DNA of 64,000 nt from an uncultured Chloroflexia bacterium (GTDB lineage: Bacteria > Chloroflexota > Limnocylindria > Limnocylindrales > CSP1-4), in contig CAVSXG010000002.1 in the NCBI GenBank assembly GCA_963731865.1, positions 874,692-938,691 of the forward strand, read 5' to 3'. This document shows positions 52,670 through 61,688 of the stretch, piece by piece. Made by a program: the position numbers and the translations under genes. The notes beneath the pieces were generated by a model, which was given only the letters and a program-made list of their open reading frames with translations, was not told where the DNA came from and did not search any database. Positions within the stretch are counted from its first letter, which is position 1. The number at the start of each line of letters is the position of its first letter.

Positions 52670-53479
52670 ATGTCGCAACCCGGCGATCGACTCGACCGGA
52701 CGCGCTACGAGCTCGAGGTCGAGGACACCTTCGACGGGCCTGACCTGGATCAATCGCTGTGGGTCCCCTGCTACCTCCCGCATTGGAGCTCGCGAGCGGC
52801 ATCGGCTGCGCGGTACCAACTCTCGGATGGGACGCTCCGCCTCCTCATCGAACGCGATCAGGCGCCGTGGTGCCCCGAATTCGATGGCTGGCTGCGGGTG
52901 TCGTCGCTCCAGACCGGCGTATTCGCCGGACCGGTCGACTCCAGCGTGGGTCAGCACCGCTTTGCGGAGGGGATGGTCGTCCGCGAGGCGCAAACGAACG
53001 TGGCGCTGTACACGCCGCTCCACGGGCTGTTCGAGGTCCGGGCGAAGGCGCTCGACGATCCGGCGAACATGGTCGCGCTCTGGACGATCGGCTACGAGGA
53101 TGAGCCCGACCACTCGGGGGAGATCCTGATCATGGAGATCTTCGGTCGTGACGTGAGGCCTGGGTCGGCGGCGATCGGGATGGGCGTCCGTCCGCACCAC
53201 GACCCGGCACTGGTGGACGAGTTCGAGCAGGTGTCCGTCGCCGTGGACGTACGCGAGTTCCACACCTACTCGGCGGAGTGGACGTCGGAGTACATCGCCC
53301 ACTACGTCGACGACGAGCTGGTCAAGGTCGGGCACCAGTCGATCGCCTATCCCCTGCAGTTCCTCCTCGGCATCTACGAGTTCGCGGATGGGCCGGAGCC
53401 GCCGTCACCGGCAGAGGCGTACCCCAAGGCGTTCGAGGTCGACTGGTTCCGGGGACACCGCCTTCGCGCGACCGGCTGA
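52670..53479 (+). CDS. concanavalin-like/GH16-like glycoside hydrolase-fold protein (cytoplasmic, no signal peptide)
   Basis: AGGAGG then ATG 52670. ALWTIGYEDEPDHSGEILIMEIFG resembles the GH16 ExDxxE strand. FHTYSAEWT. Confidence 0.65.
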   Translation: MSQPGDRLDRTRYELEVEDTFDGPDLDQSLWVPCYLPHWSSRAASAARYQLSDGTLRLLIERDQAPWCPEFDGWLRVSSLQTGVFAGPVDSSVGQHRFAEGMVVREAQTNVALYTPLHGLFEVRAKALDDPANMVALWTIGYEDEPDHSGEILIMEIFGRDVRPGSAAIGMGVRPHHDPALVDEFEQVSVAVDVREFHTYSAEWTSEYIAHYVDDELVKVGHQSIAYPLQFLLGIYEFADGPEPPSPAEAYPKAFEVDWFRGHRLRATG

Positions 53480-53537
53480 CGCGTGGCCGATCCTGGAACT
53501 GATGACCGATGGCCCCCGACAAGCGGCCAGGCGGCAC

Positions 53538-54077
53538 TCAGCGTCGCCAAGTTGTCCGTCGATAATCAGGGGCATGCCCGCCCGCCAGCCGCATGCGCTG
53601 GGTGCGAGCGCATGAGCCGCCGCGGGGTCCGGGTCCCTTCCCTCGGGCCTCGCGACCGGTCTCGAGCCAGGAACGTGTGTTCAGGACGATGCCGACGACC
53701 AGCACCGTGCCGCTGACAATCGGCACGCGCCGGCTCACCCAACCCGGCAGGAAGATGTCGGTCACCGTCCCGCTCTCGGAGCCCAGTTCCTCGGCGAGCG
53801 GCGTAAGCGGGCAGACCTGGTTATTCGACGCATACACGAACGCCTCGGCAACGCCTACAGCGGCCGCGAACGCCGTTCGGCGCCGAGGATCTCGCCGAAC
53901 CCCGTCCCAGGCGACCAACGCGACCAGGCTTGCGATCGAAACAAACGCAGCCGTGTGGATCGCCTTGAGCATCAAGGCCGCGGCGGGGTGCCAGCGCCGC
54001 GGGATGTGCGTCGCGATCGGCCGGGTCAATCGGTCGCTCCAACTCGGCGCGCGGACGTCGTAGCGATCCCGGTCCAT
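53538..54077 (-). CDS. small membrane protein (DUF2784-like, CPLTPL motif)
   Basis: Hydrophobic segments plus NNQVCPLTPLAEELG. The Arg-rich C-terminal tail looks non-native, so the true stop is uncertain. Confidence 0.5.
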   Translation of the reverse strand: MDRDRYDVRAPSWSDRLTRPIATHIPRRWHPAAALMLKAIHTAAFVSIASLVALVAWDGVRRDPRRRTAFAAAVGVAEAFVYASNNQVCPLTPLAEELGSESGTVTDIFLPGWVSRRVPIVSGTVLVVGIVLNTRSWLETGREARGKGPGPRGGSCARTQRMRLAGGHAPDYRRTTWRR

Positions 54078-54085
54078 CGGTGGGA

Positions 54086-54382
54086 TCAGCGCGGCGCGTC
54101 TTGCCGCACCTGCGGCGCCACCTCGAGCAATCGGTCCGGTCGATGAGTCACGGCGACGTAGGCGCGCTCGAACGAGGTCCGGGCAAAGGCGGGGCCACTG
54201 ACCACCACGCGCCCGTCGTCGATCACCTTGTCCACGGCCCGGGCTTCGAACCCAGCCGCTGACTCGCCCGGCTCGCGCTCGAGCAATGCGACCGTCTCTG
54301 TTCCATCTCGTTCGGAGTTCACGATCACCGCGCGTGCGTGATCGATCCAGACCGTCGCTTCGTCAGATTGTTGAGTCTTCAT
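54086..54382 (-). CDS. hypothetical protein (98 aa)
   Basis: ORF with protein-like composition, divergent from the ATPase gene. Family not recognised. Confidence 0.5.
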   Translation of the reverse strand: MKTQQSDEATVWIDHARAVIVNSERDGTETVALLEREPGESAAGFEARAVDKVIDDGRVVVSGPAFARTSFERAYVAVTHRPDRLLEVAPQVRQDAPR

Positions 54383-54527
54383 CGTTGACTCCCTTCATCC
54401 GCACCTTCGCGTGATCGGCAAGGCTGACGACAGGGCCAAAGAGCCCCAACCCGCGGTCCGCACGGACCCGCAGGTTGGGCAGGTATGGGGTTGCTGCGGC
54501 CCTTCAGGCTTGCAACCATCAACCCCA

Positions 54528-57092
54528 GTGAAACAGCGAATCAACCCGGACAGCAGGTCGGTCCTCGAGTCGGCACACGCGCTCGATCCGGCATCGGTCG
54601 CCGAGATGCTCGGGGTCGACAGCAGCGTCGGTCTCGCCGCCATCGAAGCAGCGCGCCGCGCGATCGAATCCGGACCGAATGCGCTCGAAGCCTCGAAGCG
54701 AGCGCCGGTCTGGACGATGCTCCTCGAGTCGGCGACCGAGCCGTTCGTCGTCCTGCTCGCGATCGCCGGCGGTCTCGCGATCGTCGTCGGCGAGGTCAGA
54801 GACGGCCTGCTCGTGCTCCTCGGCTTGCTGCCGATCATTGGAGCGGACGTCATCACGGAATACCGCGGCGAGCGGGCGCTCGAGGCGCTGCGCGAAGCGA
54901 GCGCGCCGGTCGCGCGGGTGCGCAGGGACGGCACCGTCGTCACCGTCGCCGCCTCGGAGCTCGTGGTTGGCGACGTCGTGCTCCTCCAGGCTGGCGACGT
55001 CGTCCCGGCGGATGTGCGCATCATCCGATCGGACCGCCTCCTCTTCGACCGGAGCGTCCTGACCGGCGAATCGATCCCCGAGGAAGGCCGCGTCGCTCCC
55101 GATCCACCGGAGGCACCGATGCCGGATCGTCGGACGATCGCCTACTCCGGGACCAGTGTCGTCGGCGGTCGAGGCGAAGGATTGGTTGTCGCGATCGGCC
55201 ACGCAACCGCCGTGGGTCAGATCGCGGGCGGGCTGAGCTCGCGAGAGCGCCGTCGATCCCCGCTCCAGCGCGAGCTCGATCGGCTGGTTCGGATCCTGCT
55301 CGTGGTCGCGATCGCGCTGGTCGTCTTCACGACAGGCATGGGCTTTGTTCGCGGCCACTCGCTGGGCGAGAACGTCATTGCCGGCATCTCCGCAGCCATC
55401 GCCGCAATCCCCGAGGAGCCACCGGTTCTGCTTGCGGTCATTCTCGGCCTCGGTGCGTACCGACTCCTGAAGCGTGGCGTCCTGGTCCGGCGGCTGAACG
55501 CCGAGGAGACGCTCGGCGCCGTCGACCTGATCGTCACCGACAAGACGGGCACGCTCACCCAGAACCGCCTGGCGATCTCGTCGGTCCGGACGCTCGAAGG
55601 ACAACTGGACGACGGGCCGCTGCGTCTCCGGCTCCTCGAGGAGGCGTTCCGAGCAGAGGAGGATGCATGGCCCGGTGAGGGGCACCACCCAGGCTCGTTT
55701 ACCCGCGCGATAGGCGCCGAGGTTGAAAGAGGAGGCGGCGACACCATCCTCGATGCGGGCAGCCTGGTCGAAGCGGTCCCGGCGTCGGACGGGGTCCCGA
55801 TCACGCGCACCCACGCGCGGCGCCTGGGCGTCGTCGAAGGCCTGATGCTCGGCGCGCCGGAAGTCGTGCTCGATCTCGTCGACGACGGGTTGCCGGATCC
55901 TGCCGCCCGGGCGCGTTGGAGAGACCTCGTCGAGGCATCGGCCGCCACCGGCGAGCGGTTGGTCGCACTCGCCCGAAGGCTGGACGATGGGCCATGGGAG
56001 ACGCGCGCCCTGATCGGCTTTGCCGATCCAATTCGACCCGGCATCTCGGCGGCGATGTCGACGGCACGACAAGCGGGGATCCAGGTCGTCGTGGTCACGG
56101 GCGACCACCCGCAGACGGCCGCGGCGATCGCCCGGGCGGCGACGCTCGAAGCGGACGAGATCGTGACGGGCGAGACGATCGCGTCATGGGATGCGGAGAA
56201 ACTGGAGGCCAGCCTCGGCACCCTGCAGGTCATCGCCCGATCGACGCCCGCGCAGAAGCTCCAGCTCGTGCAAGCGGCGCGTTTGCGGGGCCGGATCGTC
56301 GCGGTCACCGGTGATGGCGTCAACGACGCCCCGGCGCTTCACGGTGCGGATGTCGCGGTCGCCATGGGCTCGGGCACGGCGGTGGCGCGCGAGGCGTCGG
56401 ACCTCGTGCTGGGCGACGACTCGTTCGCCACCCTCATGTTCGCCCTGGCCGAAGGACGGCGAATCGTCGACAACGTCCAGAAGGGCCTCGTCTTCCTCAT
56501 CTCGACCCACGTGGCGTTTCTCGGCTTCATCCTGCTGTCCACGATCCTCGTCCCGGAACGCCAGGTCCTGATCCCGGTACAGATCCTGTGGATGGAGTTC
56601 TTCATCGACCTTTCGACGTCCGTCGCCTTCGAGCGCGAGCCGCCCGAGCCCAACCTGATGAACCGTCCTCCACGGCACGCGGAGAAACCGCTGCTCACGA
56701 ACGAAATCCTGGCGAAGATCGTCGCCGCAGGATCATTCACGGCCATTGGAGCCCTTGGACTCATGTCGCAGGACCCAGGTACCTTCGAGCACGCGGCCTG
56801 GCTGGCATACACGGCGCTGGTCGTTGGACAGTGCGTCCGGGCGTACTCGAACCGCAGCGTTCGTGAGCCGATCCATCACCTCGGGCGCAATGGATTCCTC
56901 CTTGGCGCCTGCCTCGTTGCCGTCGGGATCCAGGTGCTCATCCCGTACCTGCCGCCTCTGGCCGAAGTGTTCAGGGCAACGCCCCTCGGCCTGACTGACT
57001 GGCTCCTTGTCGCGGTGATCGCCCTGGCTCCGGCTCTCGCGGCCGAGGTTGTGCGGCTGCGTGGCCACGGCCAGACGATCTGGGTCGCCTGA
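54528..57092 (+). CDS. cation-translocating P-type ATPase (type II, Ca2+/Mg2+-like)
   Basis: Intact. TGESIPE, DKTGTLTQN phosphorylation site, VTGDHPQTA, TGDGVNDAPAL. Start proposed at GTG 54528 (ORF opens at 54411). Confidence 0.92.
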   Translation: MKQRINPDSRSVLESAHALDPASVAEMLGVDSSVGLAAIEAARRAIESGPNALEASKRAPVWTMLLESATEPFVVLLAIAGGLAIVVGEVRDGLLVLLGLLPIIGADVITEYRGERALEALREASAPVARVRRDGTVVTVAASELVVGDVVLLQAGDVVPADVRIIRSDRLLFDRSVLTGESIPEEGRVAPDPPEAPMPDRRTIAYSGTSVVGGRGEGLVVAIGHATAVGQIAGGLSSRERRRSPLQRELDRLVRILLVVAIALVVFTTGMGFVRGHSLGENVIAGISAAIAAIPEEPPVLLAVILGLGAYRLLKRGVLVRRLNAEETLGAVDLIVTDKTGTLTQNRLAISSVRTLEGQLDDGPLRLRLLEEAFRAEEDAWPGEGHHPGSFTRAIGAEVERGGGDTILDAGSLVEAVPASDGVPITRTHARRLGVVEGLMLGAPEVVLDLVDDGLPDPAARARWRDLVEASAATGERLVALARRLDDGPWETRALIGFADPIRPGISAAMSTARQAGIQVVVVTGDHPQTAAAIARAATLEADEIVTGETIASWDAEKLEASLGTLQVIARSTPAQKLQLVQAARLRGRIVAVTGDGVNDAPALHGADVAVAMGSGTAVAREASDLVLGDDSFATLMFALAEGRRIVDNVQKGLVFLISTHVAFLGFILLSTILVPERQVLIPVQILWMEFFIDLSTSVAFEREPPEPNLMNRPPRHAEKPLLTNEILAKIVAAGSFTAIGALGLMSQDPGTFEHAAWLAYTALVVGQCVRAYSNRSVREPIHHLGRNGFLLGACLVAVGIQVLIPYLPPLAEVFRATPLGLTDWLLVAVIALAPALAAEVVRLRGHGQTIWVA

Positions 57093-57108
57093 CAAGGTGA
57101 ATGACCGG

Positions 57109-58392
57109 ATGTTGAGCGACGACGAGCTGGACAGGCTCCAGCGCGATGCGTTCGGGTTTTTCCTCGAGGAGACCAACCCGTTGAACGGGCTGGTCCCGGA
57201 CAGTACCCGAGCAGGGGCGCCATCGAGCATCACTGCCGTCGGCCTCGCGTTGGCAACCTACGCCGTCGCGGTGGAGCGCAATCTCATGACCCGAGCCCAA
57301 GCTCGCAGGCGTGTATTGACGACGCTCAGGTTTCTCTGGGAGAGCCCCCAGGGTGACGCTCGGGACGCAACCGGCCACCGAGGGTTCTTCTATCACTTCC
57401 TGGACATGCAAACCGGTCGGCGGGCGTGGAAGTCTGAACTCTCGACGATCGACACGACGTTCCTGCTGGCCGGTGCCCTGGCGGCCGCCACCTACTTTGA
57501 CGACGAGGCGAAGGAGGAGCACGAGATCCGGAGCCTTGTCGATGCGCTGTATCGGCGTGTCGACTGGAGCTGGGCGCAGAACGGCGGCATGACAGTCACG
57601 CACGGGTGGACACCGGAGCGCGGGTTCCTGAGATACCGCTGGTCCGGGTACAACGAGGCCATCCTCTTGTACGTGCTCGGCCTGGGATCGCCGACATTCC
57701 CGCTGTCAGACGGAAGCTACGAGGCGTGGACTCGGACATACCGGTGGAAGAAGGTGTACGGCCATGAGTACCTGTTCGCCGGTCCGCTCTTCATTCACCA
57801 GCTCTCGCACGTCTGGATCGACTTTCGCGGCATCCAGGACGAGTACATGCGCGGGCGCGGCATCGACTACTTCGAGAACAGCCGTCGGGCGACCCTGGTT
57901 CAGCAGCAGTACGCCATCCGCAACCCGAGACAGTTCACGGGCTACGCCGAAGACTGCTGGGGGTTCACGGCGAGCGATGGTCCCGGTCCTGCCACGCGCC
58001 GGATCGGCGGCCTCAGGCGCCGTTTCTACGACTACAAGGCGCGCGGCGTTCCGTATGGGCCGGATGACGGCACCATCGCCCCGTGGGCCGTCGTTGCGTC
58101 ACTGCCATTCGCCCCGGAGGTCGTGTTGCCGACCATCCGGCATTTCCACGAAGAACATCACGAAGTGCTGGGCAAGTACGGCCTGCTGTGCAGCTTGAAT
58201 GCGACGTTCAGGGATCAGGACGCGAAGCCCTGGCGCTCTCAGGGCTACTACGGACTCGACCAGGGTCCGATCATCTTGATGATCGAGAACTACCGATCAG
58301 CCTTCCTGTGGCGATTGATGCGGCGGTGTCCCTATGTCGTCACTGGATTGCGCCGCGCCGGGTTCACGGGTGGCTGGTTGTCCGCTCAGTGA
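57109..58392 (+). CDS. glucoamylase-like / GH144 (beta-1,2-glucanase-like, DUF3131) protein
   Basis: 427 aa, LQRDAFGFFLEETNPLNGLVPD, GFFYHFLDMQTG, ELSTIDTTFLLAG, GLDQGPIILMIENY. Assignment is from remembered family motifs. Confidence 0.7.
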   Translation: MLSDDELDRLQRDAFGFFLEETNPLNGLVPDSTRAGAPSSITAVGLALATYAVAVERNLMTRAQARRRVLTTLRFLWESPQGDARDATGHRGFFYHFLDMQTGRRAWKSELSTIDTTFLLAGALAAATYFDDEAKEEHEIRSLVDALYRRVDWSWAQNGGMTVTHGWTPERGFLRYRWSGYNEAILLYVLGLGSPTFPLSDGSYEAWTRTYRWKKVYGHEYLFAGPLFIHQLSHVWIDFRGIQDEYMRGRGIDYFENSRRATLVQQQYAIRNPRQFTGYAEDCWGFTASDGPGPATRRIGGLRRRFYDYKARGVPYGPDDGTIAPWAVVASLPFAPEVVLPTIRHFHEEHHEVLGKYGLLCSLNATFRDQDAKPWRSQGYYGLDQGPIILMIENYRSAFLWRLMRRCPYVVTGLRRAGFTGGWLSAQ

Positions 58393-58820
58393 GCCGCGGT
58401 CAGGGATCCCTCGGTCACCTCGGCCTTGTGCGCCGCAAACGCCGCCAGCACCTGGTCCTTCTCCGCCTGGGGCACGCTGAAGAAATCGAGCGATCGGCCA
58501 AGTTCGGCCGCGACGGCATCGAACTCATCGGACGAGATTTCCAGCTCGCGATGCGCCTCTTCGAGGCCAATCGCGTCGTGTCCCGGCTTTGTGCCGACGT
58601 ATTCGAATGGACCGCCCGCAACGTTGCACAGCCACAGCGTTCGCATGAACTTCAAGCCAGGCAAACGGGCGAGCTTCGCGGTATGCCATTCACGCAGGGC
58701 GGGGTTATCCGAGCCTCGACCGGCGACGGCGTTCTCGACCACGGCATCACTGAAATGGTTGACCACCGCAGCAATTGCAAACACGCCACCGAGACGCTCG
58801 TACAGGGTCTGGTCGGCCAT
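58386..58820 (-). CDS. truncated (2-on-2) haemoglobin-like protein
   Basis: GAGGAGG RBS then MADQTLYERLGGVFAIAAVVNHFSDAV...HRELEISSDEFDAV. Confidence 0.8.
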   Translation of the reverse strand: MADQTLYERLGGVFAIAAVVNHFSDAVVENAVAGRGSDNPALREWHTAKLARLPGLKFMRTLWLCNVAGGPFEYVGTKPGHDAIGLEEAHRELEISSDEFDAVAAELGRSLDFFSVPQAEKDQVLAAFAAHKAEVTEGSLTAAH

Positions 58821-59012
58821 CGTTCATCCTCCTCGTCCCTTCGCGCGATCGCCCGAGCAGACGGATCGCTGCGACACCAAACAGTGCTACGCCTGACGAG
58901 GCTCATCGGTTTGCGCGCGAGGCAAGCCAGAAAGCTGACCCGTTGCAGGTCGGGTGGCGGCAGGCGGTCACCGGGCAGAAATTTCCGGGCGGGCACGCGC
59001 GAGCGGGTCCCG

Positions 59013-60578
59013 TCAACGCGGGGACAGTGCCGCTACCAGGCTGTCGATGGCGGCGAGGATCGAATCGCGGCGCGGACTGTCGACGCCTTTCGTCAATTCG
59101 GGCGCCTGATCCGACAACGCCTGCGCCGCCGTGGCCGCGGCGTCGAAATCTCCACCGTCGACGCTCGTTCGCACCGCGCCCGCAAGCTGCGCGAGCTCTG
59201 TGCCGTCGCGTCCCTTTAGCCCGTCCTTCCCACCGCGGGCCCCTTCGATGGCCGCATCGACCTGGCTCAGGGCAGCGAGCACAGCCTCGACGTCATCCGA
59301 GATCGCCGTGGCCGATGGTGTCGCCGATGCCTGCGCCGACGCGGACGCCTCGCCCGACGTCTCTGGCGACGCACCTTCGAAGCCCTCGCTGCCACCAAGC
59401 AATCGAGGAAGGACAAGCACGGCCAGGACGGCGAGCACAGCCACGACCGCGGCCAGCCTGCGGTACCCGGGGCGGCCCGATGGCGACACTCCGAGGCGTT
59501 GGGCGGCGGGCTGGGGAACGGACTGCTCCGTTGCGGGTGGCTGCTGTGGCTGGTTCCTGGGGGACTTGCGCCGCGTTGGCAGATTGCGGCGGGACCGGTC
59601 GCATTGCGACCCTCGTACGCCTCGATGGCCGTCGCGGGCCGTTCCGGCGCCACCAGTGTTGGCGCCTCCATGTCCTGTTCCGATAGCACGACCTGTGGAT
59701 CCGGCACCGCGACGGCGCCGGGGTTCGGCCTCGCGACGCCCCAGTTCCTGAGTCTCGTCGTCAGCAGCGCGGCGAGCTCGGTGGGTGACGGGCGAGCGGC
59801 TGGGTCCGGGTCAAGCGCGCTGGCGAGCACGGCATCGAACCGCAGCCCGAGATCCGGCACGTCTGCGGAGATCGGCAGGAACGGGGTGCGTCTCGCGTCG
59901 TCGTCGCCTTCAGCGGGCTGGGGATGGCCGGGGATATTTGCCGGCCAGTGCCTGGTAGATCGTCACGCCGAGGGCATACACGTCGCTTGCGGCGCTCGGG
60001 GGTTGCCCGGCAACGAGCTCCGGGGAGAGATACTGCTCTGTGCCAGGCGTCGAGCCGGGGATGGTCAGCGGATTCCCGTCGCGAGGCCCTTCGCTCCAGG
60101 CGACGCCGAAATCGGCGAGCTTGGGCCGGTCGCTCGCGAACAGGATGTTGGCCGGCTTGACGTCGCGATGGATCAGTCCGCGGGTGTGCAGCTCTGCCAG
60201 GCCGTCCGATACCGCCCCGACAATCGGAACAAGCTCGTCTGGCGGCATCCGACCGGCGACCTTCAGGCGATCCGCAAGCGAGCCGTCTCGGCAGTACTCC
60301 ATCACGTAGAACGGTTCACGGCCGGTTGCCGGATCGCCCGGCTCGACGTCGTACACCGCCACGACATTCGGATGGCTGAACCCGGCCATGGCCCCAGCTT
60401 CGCGGTTGAATTGCTCGGCGAACTGCGCGTCCGCCGCAAGATTCGCGGCGAGAACCTTTACGGCGACCTGACGGTCGAGACGGAGGTCCGTGGCCAGGTA
60501 GACCGACGCCATACCGCCGACCCCCAGGATCGATTCGATCCGGTATCGGTCCGCCAGGACATCGCCGACGATGGGCAT
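59013..60578 (-). pseudogene. Ser/Thr protein kinase with TM and extracytoplasmic tail; frame breaks near 59910 and 59490
   Basis: Kinase domain YRIESILGVGGMASVYLA...VAVKVL...HRDVKPANILF...DFGVA is in ORF 59910-60692 (ATG 60578). The linker PDLGLRFDAVLASALDPDPAARPS is in the frame of ORF 59267-59860. The TM plus tail RRLAAVVAVLAVLAVLVLP is in ORF 59013-59489. Confidence 0.8.
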
Positions 60579-60770
60579 CGGAGGAAGGCTAGCGCAAGCC
60601 CACTCGTGAGGCCGTCTCGCCAAGGCCCTGCGCCCAAGGCGATCGGGTCCCGTTGCCCGGGAGGTCCGGCGGGCCGCCTGATGGGCGGCCACCAGGGCCT
60701 ATGGGTTCCCACGCACGAACGAGGCTCGATGGTTTGGATTGCAGCGAACGACCACTCGGTCGTCGGTCGA

Positions 60771-61253
60771 TCAGGCTCGGCTCTGGCTCTTTTCGCGGGT
60801 CGGGCTGTCGTCGCCCGCATCGGACCCGAGGCCATCCGGGTAGTCAGGCGTCGCGAGGTCCTCCGCGTCGTTCCAACGGTCGGGGGCGATCGGCTTCGTC
60901 TCCGCCGCGGGAAAGGCGATTGGATCTGCCGCATCGCCAACGTCCAGGTCAAACGCATTGGGTCGCAAGGTCGCGATGCGTTCCCTGAAGGAACGCAACA
61001 ACTGTTGCGATCTCGCTCGAACCTGCGGGCTGCGCAGGAGCCCCCAGGCAGCCGCAGCCGCCAGCACCAGCCCGCCACCTGCGAAGATCCAGCGCGAACG
61101 GCGGGCAGGTCGGCGTAGACCGACCGTCTCAGCTGCGCCGGACACGGTTGCTTCCAGATCGAGATTTGAGATCGCTTCCGGGGGCTGGAGCCTCGGACGC
61201 TCAAACTTGGGCAGGTCGATGTTCGGGACCTGGGGCGCAGATAGCGTCGCCAT
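60771..61253 (-). CDS. hypothetical single-pass membrane protein
   Basis: ATG 61253, MATLSAPQVPNIDLPKFERP...RWIFAGGGLVLAAAAAWGLL TM, acidic C-terminal tail. Confidence 0.55.
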   Translation of the reverse strand: MATLSAPQVPNIDLPKFERPRLQPPEAISNLDLEATVSGAAETVGLRRPARRSRWIFAGGGLVLAAAAAWGLLRSPQVRARSQQLLRSFRERIATLRPNAFDLDVGDAADPIAFPAAETKPIAPDRWNDAEDLATPDYPDGLGSDAGDDSPTREKSQSRA

Positions 61254-61285
61254 GACAATCACCTCGGTCGCGTCAACAAATTGAA

Positions 61286-61483
61286 TTAGGCACGCACAGA
61301 CGCACGTCCGAGCATGGCCCCGACACCCATCACCAGGACCAGCCCGGCGAGCGCGAGCACACTGCGGATCGCCCTCCCCGGCCACGACCGAGCTTGCACC
61401 TGGGTGCGCTTGGCCTTCCTTGTCTTCTTCTTGCGGGGCTTCGACGCCACAGCGTCATCGGTCGGCTCGACGCTCTGCACCAT
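61286..61483 (-). CDS. small basic membrane protein (65 aa)
   Basis: KPRKKKTRKAKR followed by TM AIRSVLALAGLVLVMGVGAML. Confidence 0.45.
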   Translation of the reverse strand: MVQSVEPTDDAVASKPRKKKTRKAKRTQVQARSWPGRAIRSVLALAGLVLVMGVGAMLGRASVRA

Positions 61484-61601
61484 GGGTTTGCCTCTCAGTT
61501 GACGGGCTGTCGCCAGTCATGTTCAACCGCGAACGCAGCGTCAGGGTTGGAGAGAGCTGGCCGTCCGTGTCAAGCACGTGTCAAGTCGGGTGTGGCCCTG
61601 G

Positions 61602-61688
61602 TTAGCGCTGGATGAGGCCGATGACTTCGCGCACGGCGCCGGCAACGAGCTCGGTGTCAGCCGCGTGCATCCAGTGTGGCGCGCTCAC
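61602..61688 (-). pseudogene. orphan C-terminal remnant of an alpha/beta hydrolase
   Basis: My translation is (LRP)VSAPHWMHAADTELVAGAVREVIGLIQR stop. It resembles the His-containing C-terminal end of alpha/beta hydrolases. An in-frame TGA lies about 30 nt upstream, so no upstream body exists. Confidence 0.35.
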
